A stretch of 64,000 bases of DNA from Pyrinomonadales bacterium (GCA_038210455.1 JBBQWP010000019.1:40622-104621), one strand, 5' to 3'. Counted from the stretch's first letter, positions 56,247 through 64,000 are shown. Numbers and translations: made by a program. The notes: a model not told the origin generated them from the letters alone.

Positions 56247-57299
56247 TCATCCCGCCGCGGTGATTAGCTTTTCAACTACAGACTCCCACGAGAGGTTCAT
56301 CGACTTAAGCTTTTCCAGTCCTCGCTCACCCATTGTGCGCGCTCGCGCGCGATCGGAATAAAGCGAATCCAGAGAGTCAGCGATCGCTTGCGGGTCAGGC
56401 TCGGAGATTAGCCCAGTGCGTTCGTGCTCAACCAATTCCGCGGCGCCGCCGCCATCGCTGGGGACCACCACCGGCTTACCGGACAGCATCGCTTCCAACG
56501 TCACATAGCCGTAGTCTTCGTCAAACGGGAGATAGCCGACTCCCAGCGAGTTCGCATACAAATCAATCAGTTCATCGTCAGTGACAAAGCCTCGCATCGT
56601 GACGCGGTCGCCCACGCCGTGAGTCTTGATCAAGCTTTCGTAGTGCTTCACGTCAGCAGTGTTACCCGCCAGGATCAATTTGACCGGTGTGCGCGCCAGG
56701 TGCATCGCTTCGATCAGGAGCTCCTGACGCTTCTGTGGTTCCAGACGGCTGGGATAAAAAATGTAATCACCCTGCTCGCCCGTTTTCAGTCGGCCGGCCA
56801 GTGGCGGCGGATGATACAGCGGTTCGCTGGCGATGTTGTTGTAGCGCTTTAGTCTTTCGGCGACGGCTATTGAATTGGCAAAGACTTTACGGGCCTCTGG
56901 TATGAAGCGTTCGTCGCAGTGCTTAACCCATTCACGAACGCGAACGCCTTCGGGGTAAGTCGAGAGATCGTCGAACGGCGTGCCCCAAAGATTATAAGCC
57001 GCACGATGCTGGTGCAGGATCCACAGCACCTTTCTTTCGTGCGCGACCAGATACGCGGGAAATTTCATGCCGATTACGAGGTCGATCGGCTGTCCGTTGG
57101 CAGAGCTTAGATCCAGCATGCGCCACGCCATCGCACTGCGCATGATCTCAGTCGGCGGATACCATTTGAATGGGAGAGCGACGATCTCTGCTTTGTAACC
57201 GGCGGCAGACAGCGCGCGACGCAAGCCTTCGACGTGCGACTCAGCGCCACCCGTGGTGAAGGGGACTTGCGTGGTGCAGATGAGAATGTTTCGGATCAT
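56247..57299 (-). CDS. GT4-family glycosyltransferase (GT-B fold)
   Basis: 350 aa. EPQKRQELLIEAM and the E..YGYVTLEAMLSGKPVV motif of the Glycos_transf_1 domain. Confidence 0.85.
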   Translation of the reverse strand: MIRNILICTTQVPFTTGGAESHVEGLRRALSAAGYKAEIVALPFKWYPPTEIMRSAMAWRMLDLSSANGQPIDLVIGMKFPAYLVAHERKVLWILHQHRAAYNLWGTPFDDLSTYPEGVRVREWVKHCDERFIPEARKVFANSIAVAERLKRYNNIASEPLYHPPPLAGRLKTGEQGDYIFYPSRLEPQKRQELLIEAMHLARTPVKLILAGNTADVKHYESLIKTHGVGDRVTMRGFVTDDELIDLYANSLGVGYLPFDEDYGYVTLEAMLSGKPVVVPSDGGGAAELVEHERTGLISEPDPQAIADSLDSLYSDRARARTMGERGLEKLKSMNLSWESVVEKLITAAG

Positions 57300-57318
57300 A
57301 GGAAACAGAGATCAGAGG

Positions 57319-58692
57319 TCAGAGGTCAGAGGTTAGAGGGTTTTTCTGACCTCCGATCCCTGACTTCTGACCTCTGATTTCTATATTGCACACAGCTATA
57401 GACAATTCCCGATCATCACGCGTCGCGTCGTTTGTCGGACGTGCTTGCCAGGTGCGATCGGCGCGAATCTCCAGCTCGAACTCTCCTTCAGCAGCTAAAG
57501 AGTTGGGAACCGCCACGCGCAGGTTTAGCCACGAGTGACTGAAGAGCGAGAAGTGCGAAAGCCGGACGCCGTTCAGCACCATCTCAAGCGTGACCGGACG
57601 TGCCCGCAGATCGGGTAGGTGCGTAGTCAGATCGAGGGCGATCTCTGAAACCTCGGCAACCTGAAACTTTACCCGGCCGCGCTCACCCATCCACCGGGCT
57701 ACCGGCGGCAGCAGGTTTGGTTCGTACCAGCCATCGTCAAAGACAACCTGGCTATTTCGATCGAGACACGGCAGCAAGTCTGCGGTCTCACGGCCTGCCG
57801 AGAGACCACTGCGATCGCGATGCTCGTTATAAAAAGGTCCGAGTAACGCGTCCGACGCCTTCAGAAAAACGTACAGACCCGCCTTGGGCAGTGGAATGCC
57901 GAGATCCGACACTCTGCTGAATACATAACCCATCGCCATATCGAACGCGCGACGTTCTTTGAAAGACAGGCCCCGAAGATATTCAAGAAAGTCTGCTTCA
58001 AACTTCAGGCCATACCCATCTGCCTGCTTCAGAAATTCTTCGCTACTCAGGCAGAGGGTGTAGCGCGGTTCAAAGGCGACGTGCTGAAAAACTTTGAGAA
58101 AGCGCGTGGCGTGCTCCTGCTCCTCTTCCAGCCCGACGTGCCCATCGACTTCGATAAAGCGCCGCAGTTCTTCGGGACTCATCTCTGGGTAATCTTTTCG
58201 CGAGCTGCGGTCCGTGCACTCGATGCCATGCATGGTTACGCCGCCGGGACGAAGGACGCGCTTTACTTCGGCCAGCACGGCGTCCTTGTCTCCAAACTCT
58301 ACGTGACCCAGAACGTCAAGACTCACGACGTAGTCGAAACTGCCATCGTCGAAGGGCAGACGCGAAAGGTTTGCCGTCAGAGCCAGATCGTAACCATTGC
58401 GCTTCGCCGCCAGCACGCATTCGGGAGACACATCAACGCCGGTGAGAACTACATGCTTACGCTTCAAGAGCGCGAGCATCCCAGCGCCGCAACCCAGATC
58501 GAGCACCGACGATCCGGCGCGCACATTGTCATAGACCCACATGGTGCGAGCAAATCGCATATCAAAGCGATCCAGCGGCTTGAAGTAACGCGCGTCCAAC
58601 ACCTCGTCGGAAACGAACTTGGTGCGATAAAACTCAGCCAGGTCGTTGATCCCGGCGCGCGTGTAGAGATCGTTTTTCTGCGAGTCTGACAT
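57319..58692 (-). CDS. Class I SAM-dependent methyltransferase with extra C-terminal beta-rich domain
   Basis: Motif I SVLDLGCGAGMLALL, then FDYVVSLDVLGHV and LRPGGV. The last ~20 codons lie in the hairpin 57309-57381. Confidence 0.8.
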   Translation of the reverse strand: MSDSQKNDLYTRAGINDLAEFYRTKFVSDEVLDARYFKPLDRFDMRFARTMWVYDNVRAGSSVLDLGCGAGMLALLKRKHVVLTGVDVSPECVLAAKRNGYDLALTANLSRLPFDDGSFDYVVSLDVLGHVEFGDKDAVLAEVKRVLRPGGVTMHGIECTDRSSRKDYPEMSPEELRRFIEVDGHVGLEEEQEHATRFLKVFQHVAFEPRYTLCLSSEEFLKQADGYGLKFEADFLEYLRGLSFKERRAFDMAMGYVFSRVSDLGIPLPKAGLYVFLKASDALLGPFYNEHRDRSGLSAGRETADLLPCLDRNSQVVFDDGWYEPNLLPPVARWMGERGRVKFQVAEVSEIALDLTTHLPDLRARPVTLEMVLNGVRLSHFSLFSHSWLNLRVAVPNSLAAEGEFELEIRADRTWQARPTNDATRDDRELSIAVCNIEIRGQKSGIGGQKNPLTSDL

Positions 58693-58704
58693 GGGACGAG
58701 ATAA

Positions 58705-58767
58705 GTGGCACAGACTTTAGTCTGTGATTACCTGGCAGGACCAATCACAGACTAAAGTCTGTGCCAC
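58705..58767. repeat. Double palindrome, family D copy 2
   Basis: gtggcacagactttagtctgtga-ttacctggcaggaccaa-tcacagactaaagtctgtgccac. It fills the spacer between the coiled-coil gene and the methyltransferase. Confidence 0.75.
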
Positions 58768-58773
58768 TGACTT

Positions 58774-59724
58774 TCACTTTTCGCCGTTAGATAGTGACTT
58801 TTCCAGATTATCCAGCCGCGACTCAATGACGCGCCGGCCGCGGTCTGCAGCCACTGACGCTTCGCTCGCTTCGAGCGAGAGCTGCTTGAAACAGACACGT
58901 TGCTCTTCACGCAGTTGCTGATCGCTCTCGCGCAGCTCGCCGGCAAGCCCCGCAAGTTGCGAGGTCATTGCCATGCGTGCCGCATCAATTTCTTCCCTGA
59001 TCGCCGCAGCGGACTCAGTCGCCCGCGTTTCCATGGCTGCGCTGCGCGCTTGCGAGTCGGCATCGCTCTTTCTGATCTCAGTGGTCAGGACTTCGATGCT
59101 CGCTCGCAAGGCAATCAACTCTCGATCACGGAGGTCGAGCTCTTCGCGCCAGCTTTCACTTTCTTTCCGTAGCTCAGCCCCAAGCTCAGCCCCAAGCTCG
59201 CGAAGCTCGCTAAGCTCAGCCCGAAGCTCGCGAAGCTCAGCCCGAAGCTCAGCGCGAAGCTCGCGAAGCTCAGCGCGAAGCTCAGCGCGAAGCTCAGCGC
59301 GAAGCTCAGGAAGCTCAGCGCGAAGCTCAGCCCGAATGCCGGCAATTTCCTGCCCGTATGCCGAAAGCGCGTGCAGAGTCTCGGCCAGCGCATGATGGAC
59401 GGCCGAGTTGAAGTTGACTTGCTCCCACGTAAACCAATGGCTCATGGATTTGAGCCGGGCTTTGATCCATAGCTCGAGGCGCGCCGTGCCGCCCTTTCGA
59501 TTACTGTACATTGGCGGCAGCCGGTCCCAGGCGCGCGAGGTGGTAGTTAAGTGAGCAGACATCCGGATGAGCGATTCACCATTTCCGTTTTCCGCATTAG
59601 CGTGCGCTAGAGAAGTTTTGGCCGTCTCACTCTGAACGGGCGTTACCGGCACGCCACCCGGATCGTGATCGGCGCGGATGCGCTCGCGAATTTCGTTGAG
59701 GATGCTTTCTACGTCATTAATCAT
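58774..59724 (-). CDS. Coiled-coil protein with in-frame AELR/ELR tandem repeats
   Basis: 316 aa. The N-terminus is MINDVESILNEIRERIRADH. The central run is AELRAELPELRAELRAELRAELRELRAELRAELRELRAELSELRELGAELGAELR. The rest is heptad-like and charged. Confidence 0.75.
   Translation of the reverse strand: MINDVESILNEIRERIRADHDPGGVPVTPVQSETAKTSLAHANAENGNGESLIRMSAHLTTTSRAWDRLPPMYSNRKGGTARLELWIKARLKSMSHWFTWEQVNFNSAVHHALAETLHALSAYGQEIAGIRAELRAELPELRAELRAELRAELRELRAELRAELRELRAELSELRELGAELGAELRKESESWREELDLRDRELIALRASIEVLTTEIRKSDADSQARSAAMETRATESAAAIREEIDAARMAMTSQLAGLAGELRESDQQLREEQRVCFKQLSLEASEASVAADRGRRVIESRLDNLEKSLSNGEK
59171..59333. repeat. Imperfect tandem DNA repeat (12-nt AGCTCAGCGCGA units mixed with 9-nt units) inside the coiled-coil CDS
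   Basis: Read directly: agctcagcccca agctcagcccca agctcgcga agctcgcta agctcagcccga agctcgcga agctcagcccga agctcagcgcga agctcgcga agctcagcgcga agctcagcgcga agctcagcgcga agctcagga agctcagcgcga agctcagcccga. Confidence 0.85.
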
Positions 59725-59726
59725 AG

Positions 59727-61025
59727 CTAGACTGTTTGGGGTAACTCTTCCTGGACATTCAACGCCGCTGCGCTGGGTATATGCCGGGCGCTTACAGTTG
59801 CGTTGAGATTGGCGATGCCTTCGGTCACCACTTCGCTGGCGACCCGGAAAAAACGCGCGCCGTCAATCCAGTCGAAGGCTTCACCATTACGGTTATGGAC
59901 CGCGCAGGTGATCGAGTAATCGTCCACGCCCAACCAGCAGTTGAAAGAAAAAATAACTTCGAGCAGATCGCCACGGCCCACTGCGCCAAACTCGATCTGC
60001 TGCTCTTTGGTGTTGGTGCCGTAGGCGCTGATGCCGTGGCGATTGCGAATTAGAAAACCGACTATCGGATCGTCAAGATCAGTATTGACCCGGGCTAGTA
60101 TCCGCATCGTCAAAGGCTCTCCGGTCTCGACCGTCTCCACCCGGCGCTGCGCCGCATCAGCCAAATCGGCCGCCAGGATTTCGGCGCTGCCATCGCCATG
60201 ACGATAAGTGTAGCTCAGCGGCTCTAAACTTTCGTCGTCGGGAATCGCAGGTTCGCCGGCAGCGGCGGCGGAGTCAGCCAGGAAGGCGCGTTCGCGCGCC
60301 ATGATGATCTTCTGATAGTGATTGAGCACGTCAACCGGGCGGCCATCCGCCGCGATTCTGCCGTCGTTCAACAGGATCGCCCGCGAGCAGAGGGCCCGCA
60401 CCGCCCCCAGGTCATGCGACACAAACAGCACGGTGGTGCCGGACTCCTGCAGATCTTTGATGCGGCGCAGGCAACGATGCTGGAAGACTGCATCGCCAAC
60501 GGCGAGCGCCTCATCGATGACCAGGATGTCAGGTTCGACGCTCGACGCGATCGCGAAGGCTAAACGCACGTACATGCCGCTGGAATAAGTCTTAACCGGC
60601 TGATAAATGAACTGGCCAATTTCGGCGAACCGTTCGATCTGTGGGAGCAGCGCGTCGGTGGCTCGCCGCGTCAGTCCCAGCAGAGAGGCGTTCATGTAAG
60701 TGTTTTCGACCCCGGTAAACTCCGGATCGAAACCGGCTCCCAGCTCCAGCAGCGCGGCTATCCGGCCATGATGCCAAACGCTTCCATGGGTGGGTTCCAG
60801 AGTGCCCGAAATTATCTGTAAGAGGGTCGACTTGCCGCAACCGTTGGGGCCGACGATGCCGACCGTCACGCCCTGTTCGATCTCAAAGCTTACTTCCTGG
60901 AGGGCCCAGAATTCTTTGTGCCGCCGCATGCGGCCGCGGGTCAGCGACTCTTTCAAGCGATCGCCGGGCCGCGCGTAGGTCCGGTATTGTTTCGCCACGT
61001 TTTCTGCGCGGAGGACCGTAGTCAT
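59727..61025 (-). CDS. Polysaccharide ABC-transporter ATP-binding protein (Wzt/TagH-like) with C-terminal beta-sandwich extension
   Basis: Walker A GPNGCGKST, signature YSSGMYVRLAFA, Walker B ILVIDEAL. A C-terminal extension of about 190 aa is arranged like the Wzt carbohydrate-binding domain. The start is trimmed to ATG 61025. Confidence 0.85.
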   Translation of the reverse strand: MTTVLRAENVAKQYRTYARPGDRLKESLTRGRMRRHKEFWALQEVSFEIEQGVTVGIVGPNGCGKSTLLQIISGTLEPTHGSVWHHGRIAALLELGAGFDPEFTGVENTYMNASLLGLTRRATDALLPQIERFAEIGQFIYQPVKTYSSGMYVRLAFAIASSVEPDILVIDEALAVGDAVFQHRCLRRIKDLQESGTTVLFVSHDLGAVRALCSRAILLNDGRIAADGRPVDVLNHYQKIIMARERAFLADSAAAAGEPAIPDDESLEPLSYTYRHGDGSAEILAADLADAAQRRVETVETGEPLTMRILARVNTDLDDPIVGFLIRNRHGISAYGTNTKEQQIEFGAVGRGDLLEVIFSFNCWLGVDDYSITCAVHNRNGEAFDWIDGARFFRVASEVVTEGIANLNATVSARHIPSAAALNVQEELPQTV

Positions 61026-61203
61026 GCGGTGAAATGTAGCAGATGTCGGGAGAGGGAAGCCACTCTTGTTCGTAGATGCGGAGCCGGAAAGAACACAGTG
61101 GGCAGTGAGCGGTGGGCCGCAAGACAAAGGTGTGAGAGGTTTTGACCCTCTCACACCTTTTAACCTTGACCTTTTTTATTTTGACCTGGGCCTTCCACTA
61201 ACT

Positions 61204-64000
61204 TTACGATCCGAACCTTTGCCGGTACTCGCTTGAGCTAATGAACGCCTTCGTCATATCGGAATTGGCAAAGTTGCCTTGGAAAGTGTTGAGTTTGGCC
61301 AACCAAAAGTCAAAGCCTGCCTGGTCCGGATCGCGGCGCAGGTAGCCGAAGTACTCCATCAGCACAAACGCGCGATTGAACTCAGTGTCAGAAAACTGCT
61401 GCGACTCAGCAATCTTGCGAAGCACCGTGGCACGCGTTTCCGTGGCGGCGTTCAGACCGTTAACGAGCGAGTCGCGGAAGGCTTGCGTGTTCGCCGGGAA
61501 ATTACCCCGCACCTCGCCGCCGCCGAACTGGGTGGTGTGGAAATTGATGTAAGCCCGGCCAGCCAGGATGTTGCTTAATTGTGCGGCCAGAGTCGTGGCA
61601 TTCCCCTCGGGTGCGTCCCACTTGCCGCTGATCGTGCCGCCGACGCCGGCCGCAAAGGGAGTATTCACGACGTCATTCGGATTGTTATCGTTTAAGGGCG
61701 CGCCAAAGAATCCCCAGACGACGGGGCCGTTGACGCCCGGTGCAACCGTTGGGCCCGCGTGGATATGCGCCGCGGCGAGGTTGTCGCTGGTCGTAGCCGA
61801 TTGTGCGCCAGTGAAGTCAATATTGTTGACTGTGGCGGTAAACGTCATCGCGTCCTGGGCGGCGTTGAGCGAGAACGTCGCCGTTCCATACGAGCCTGGC
61901 CGGCCGGTTGGATTCGTCGGCGCGGTTTCCTGCGTGTTGGTAAGATTCACGACGAAGCGGCCGGGCGATATTCCGGCGTTACCCAGCAACGCGTCGACGT
62001 ATTGCGGATTGGTCAGGGCGCTCGGATAGGCGGACACGAACTCAGGCCGGTTAATGAAGTCGCTAAAGTAAGCCTGTTTGTTAGCTTCCAGTTGCGCGTC
62101 GAAAGCCGGCGTGCCGAAGACAAGATCCTTCTGCAGCGCCTGGGTATCTTTCTCGAACACGCCATAGAGCGGGACTGCGTTGAAGGCTGCCTTGTTCGCC
62201 AGGTATGAAAGCATCCCTGTCTTCTGGAACTCGATGGCCAAGAAGAATGCGGCACTGACGTTAACGCGTTTTGCTGCGATGCAATTCGCGTCCACGCCGC
62301 ACGAGGTAATCTCATTCACCCAAAAGTTAAACCCTGACGGATCAGGCTCTCGATTGAGAAAATCAAGGTACTGCTGGCGGACGTAGAACTGGGCGCTGTC
62401 AATCGGATTAGTCGCTGGCGGCGCGGCAGGAATCGCCACCGGCTCAGAGTAAATGAAGTCGTCCATCACGACTACGTCTGTGAATGGAGGGTTGTCATTA
62501 GGGCCGAGAACCGAATTCCCGCTAATAATTCTGACGCGAGCGATCGGCCGATTATTGATTGAGACTCCGAAGAATGAGAGGCTCCCGCTGCCGGACTGAG
62601 ATGGCACAACCTGTTCTGTGATGAACGCGCCACTAGCGTCAAAAAACTGCATCCGGGTGTCATTGGAATTGTCGACATCCGTAAAGATGGCGCCGAAACT
62701 GGCAACTGTAGCGGGCGTAGTGGTCCCGGGAACAAAAAAGTTTAGGTCTATGACATTGCTGTCAGACGCGGTGAAGAGCCGCTGGGGGCTGAACTGTTGG
62801 AAAGTTGCCGAGTAGGTCGGGTTGATGTTCCCGAAATTCTGCGCGGCCGGTTGACCTGCGCCGCCGTCGGTGGTCGCACCGCTGACTTGAAACAGGTTGG
62901 TGGGAGTCGCAAAAACTACGCCTCGAGGACTGTTAGCGTTAAAGAAATTTGCCGGCAGATTATTAGGCGCGGAAAAAATAGGGGGGACTCCGTCCCAGTT
63001 AATTTCGCGGCGCACACCTCCGAACGAGCCATTGGCTCCGGGAACGGTTCCGCCACCGATATCGGTCCGAAATTGATCTCGCGCGGGCATGATCGCCGCG
63101 GGATTGGCTCCGACACCCGACCGCGCCACGATTATCGGCGCTACCACATCGTCATCCACGATTTTTACTTTCGCCGTGTTCGGAGATCCCAATCCCACTC
63201 CCGCGCCGGTTGGATTCGACAGAGCGAGATTGAGCGTTTCATCTCCCTCGGGGAAATTGTCGTTAACGATCAGAATCCGCATCGTCTTGCTGGTTTCGCC
63301 CGGATTAAACGTAACCTTGCTGAGGGCAATCTCATAATCGCTTTTCTGCGTTGCATGGCCGCCCACCGAGAGGTTGTTGTCGTAAGTTGAAACATTTACC
63401 GTAGCTGTACCGGACGCGTCGCCGCCGCGTACGACCGTGATGTCGATGTGACCGCTGCCCTCGCCAATCGTGAAATCATCGGTGGCGAACTGCAACAGCG
63501 AAGTGGCGGTGGCTGTGGTCGGCCTAAGCCTACCGAAGAGTCCATGTTCCTCGGCGGCGAGGCCGGCAGAGAAATAAAGCGTGTTCGGGTCGCCGCCGGC
63601 GCCGCCATTGCCGAAGGTAAGCGCCCACAGCCCATCATTGACCACATTGTTATTGGACTCGTCCTTGAGTGTGCCGAGGAAGGCGCCCGTCGTCGCGCTG
63701 AAGGCGTTGATTGTTCCGTTGGGAGAAAAATTACCGACGAGGAGCGCCTGAGGGAAAATGCCGAAAGAGGCAGGCGCAATCGCCAGGCCCCACGGAGCGT
63801 CGAGCGCACCATTGTTAATCCCGAAAGTTAGATCGCGAATGCCGTCCCGGTCGAACCTGCGCACGAACCCCAATCCCACCCCGTTCAGGGGAACTCCCGT
63901 CATTGGATTAGTCTTCGCGTAGGTCACGTAGAGCAATCCGCCGAGGTTCTGGATGTTGTGGACGCTGAAGCCCGCCGGAATTGTTGGATCAGCGAAAGCT
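61204..64000 (-). CDS. Giant multidomain exoprotein (TIGR03118-like propeller region, Calx-beta, CHRD-like, two DUF4214-like modules); N-terminus beyond window
   Basis: The frame stays open to base 64000. Propeller-type: LYVTYAK...LDAPWGLAIAP..FG...LLVGNF..G.INAF...GLWALTFGNG...LYFSAG...HGLFGRL. Calx-beta-like: FTIGEGSGHIDITVVRGGDASG...FNPGETSKTMRILIVNDNFPEGDE. CHRD-like: AAHIHAGP. DUF4214-like: YLDFLNREPDPSGFNFW and YFGYLRRDPDQAGFDFW. Confidence 0.75.
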   Translation of the reverse strand, partial: AFADPTIPAGFSVHNIQNLGGLLYVTYAKTNPMTGVPLNGVGLGFVRRFDRDGIRDLTFGINNGALDAPWGLAIAPASFGIFPQALLVGNFSPNGTINAFSATTGAFLGTLKDESNNNVVNDGLWALTFGNGGAGGDPNTLYFSAGLAAEEHGLFGRLRPTTATATSLLQFATDDFTIGEGSGHIDITVVRGGDASGTATVNVSTYDNNLSVGGHATQKSDYEIALSKVTFNPGETSKTMRILIVNDNFPEGDETLNLALSNPTGAGVGLGSPNTAKVKIVDDDVVAPIIVARSGVGANPAAIMPARDQFRTDIGGGTVPGANGSFGGVRREINWDGVPPIFSAPNNLPANFFNANSPRGVVFATPTNLFQVSGATTDGGAGQPAAQNFGNINPTYSATFQQFSPQRLFTASDSNVIDLNFFVPGTTTPATVASFGAIFTDVDNSNDTRMQFFDASGAFITEQVVPSQSGSGSLSFFGVSINNRPIARVRIISGNSVLGPNDNPPFTDVVVMDDFIYSEPVAIPAAPPATNPIDSAQFYVRQQYLDFLNREPDPSGFNFWVNEITSCGVDANCIAAKRVNVSAAFFLAIEFQKTGMLSYLANKAAFNAVPLYGVFEKDTQALQKDLVFGTPAFDAQLEANKQAYFSDFINRPEFVSAYPSALTNPQYVDALLGNAGISPGRFVVNLTNTQETAPTNPTGRPGSYGTATFSLNAAQDAMTFTATVNNIDFTGAQSATTSDNLAAAHIHAGPTVAPGVNGPVVWGFFGAPLNDNNPNDVVNTPFAAGVGGTISGKWDAPEGNATTLAAQLSNILAGRAYINFHTTQFGGGEVRGNFPANTQAFRDSLVNGLNAATETRATVLRKIAESQQFSDTEFNRAFVLMEYFGYLRRDPDQAGFDFWLAKLNTFQGNFANSDMTKAFISSSEYRQRFGS

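Noticed and set aside
59171-59333. Regular short direct repeats that might suggest a CRISPR array
   Set aside because: Units are 9-12 nt and contiguous, with no spacers. They lie in frame inside a long coiled-coil ORF, and no cas genes are present. This is a coding tandem repeat.
61026-61203. Looked for a Wzm (ABC-2 permease) gene adjacent to the Wzt-like ATPase, and considered the N-terminal extension 61026-61154 as coding
   Set aside because: No membrane-protein ORF lies between the ATPase and the exoprotein gene. The 43-codon extension (MRGSKPLTPLSCGPP...) is not ABC-like, and the canonical N-terminus starts at MTTVLRAENV (ATG 61025).

Overview
Moderately GC-rich bacterial chromosomal window. 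Gene content and the style of the intergenic palindromes suggest a soil Acidobacteriota-like genome, but that is a guess I cannot verify. No rRNA, tRNA, CRISPR array, transposase or integrase was seen. Layout: (1) 1-7.1 kb holds an RND efflux module (OMF fragment, MFP, RND pump) plus an orphan sensor kinase. (2) 7.1-10.2 kb is a visibly more AT-rich patch with a lone phage-baseplate-V/gp5-like protein, a DUF1801-like protein, a RelA/SpoT-type gene remnant, a methyltransferase and small envelope proteins. (3) 10.3-23 kb is housekeeping (serS, fabG, secA, two TonB-C proteins), plus a three-gene operon encoding a secreted 6-Cys peptide, a large helical exoprotein and a membrane thioredoxin. (4) 24.2-32.6 kb is a co-directional lysine/DAP operon (lysC, dapE-like, dapB, dapA, dapD, aminotransferase, asd) with a ParE-type toxin-antitoxin cassette translationally wedged into it. 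(5) 34.2-36.7 kb is a PAS-GAF-GAF hybrid histidine kinase. (6) 37-64 kb is the most unusual part, a large envelope-glycan island. It has six polytopic GT-C-like membrane proteins (PMT/ArnT-like, YfhO), one polyprenyl-phosphate GT2, GT4 enzymes, three SAM methyltransferases and a Wzt-type ABC ATPase with no Wzm in the window. It also has a tandem-repeat coiled-coil protein, and a roughly 115-aa beta-sandwich module reused four times on different scaffolds. A giant multidomain exoprotein flanks the island. Almost every intergenic spacer longer than about 80 bp across the window carries a nested palindromic (REP/MITE-like) element from one of several sequence families. Several of these elements supply the last codons and stop codon of the adjacent gene.
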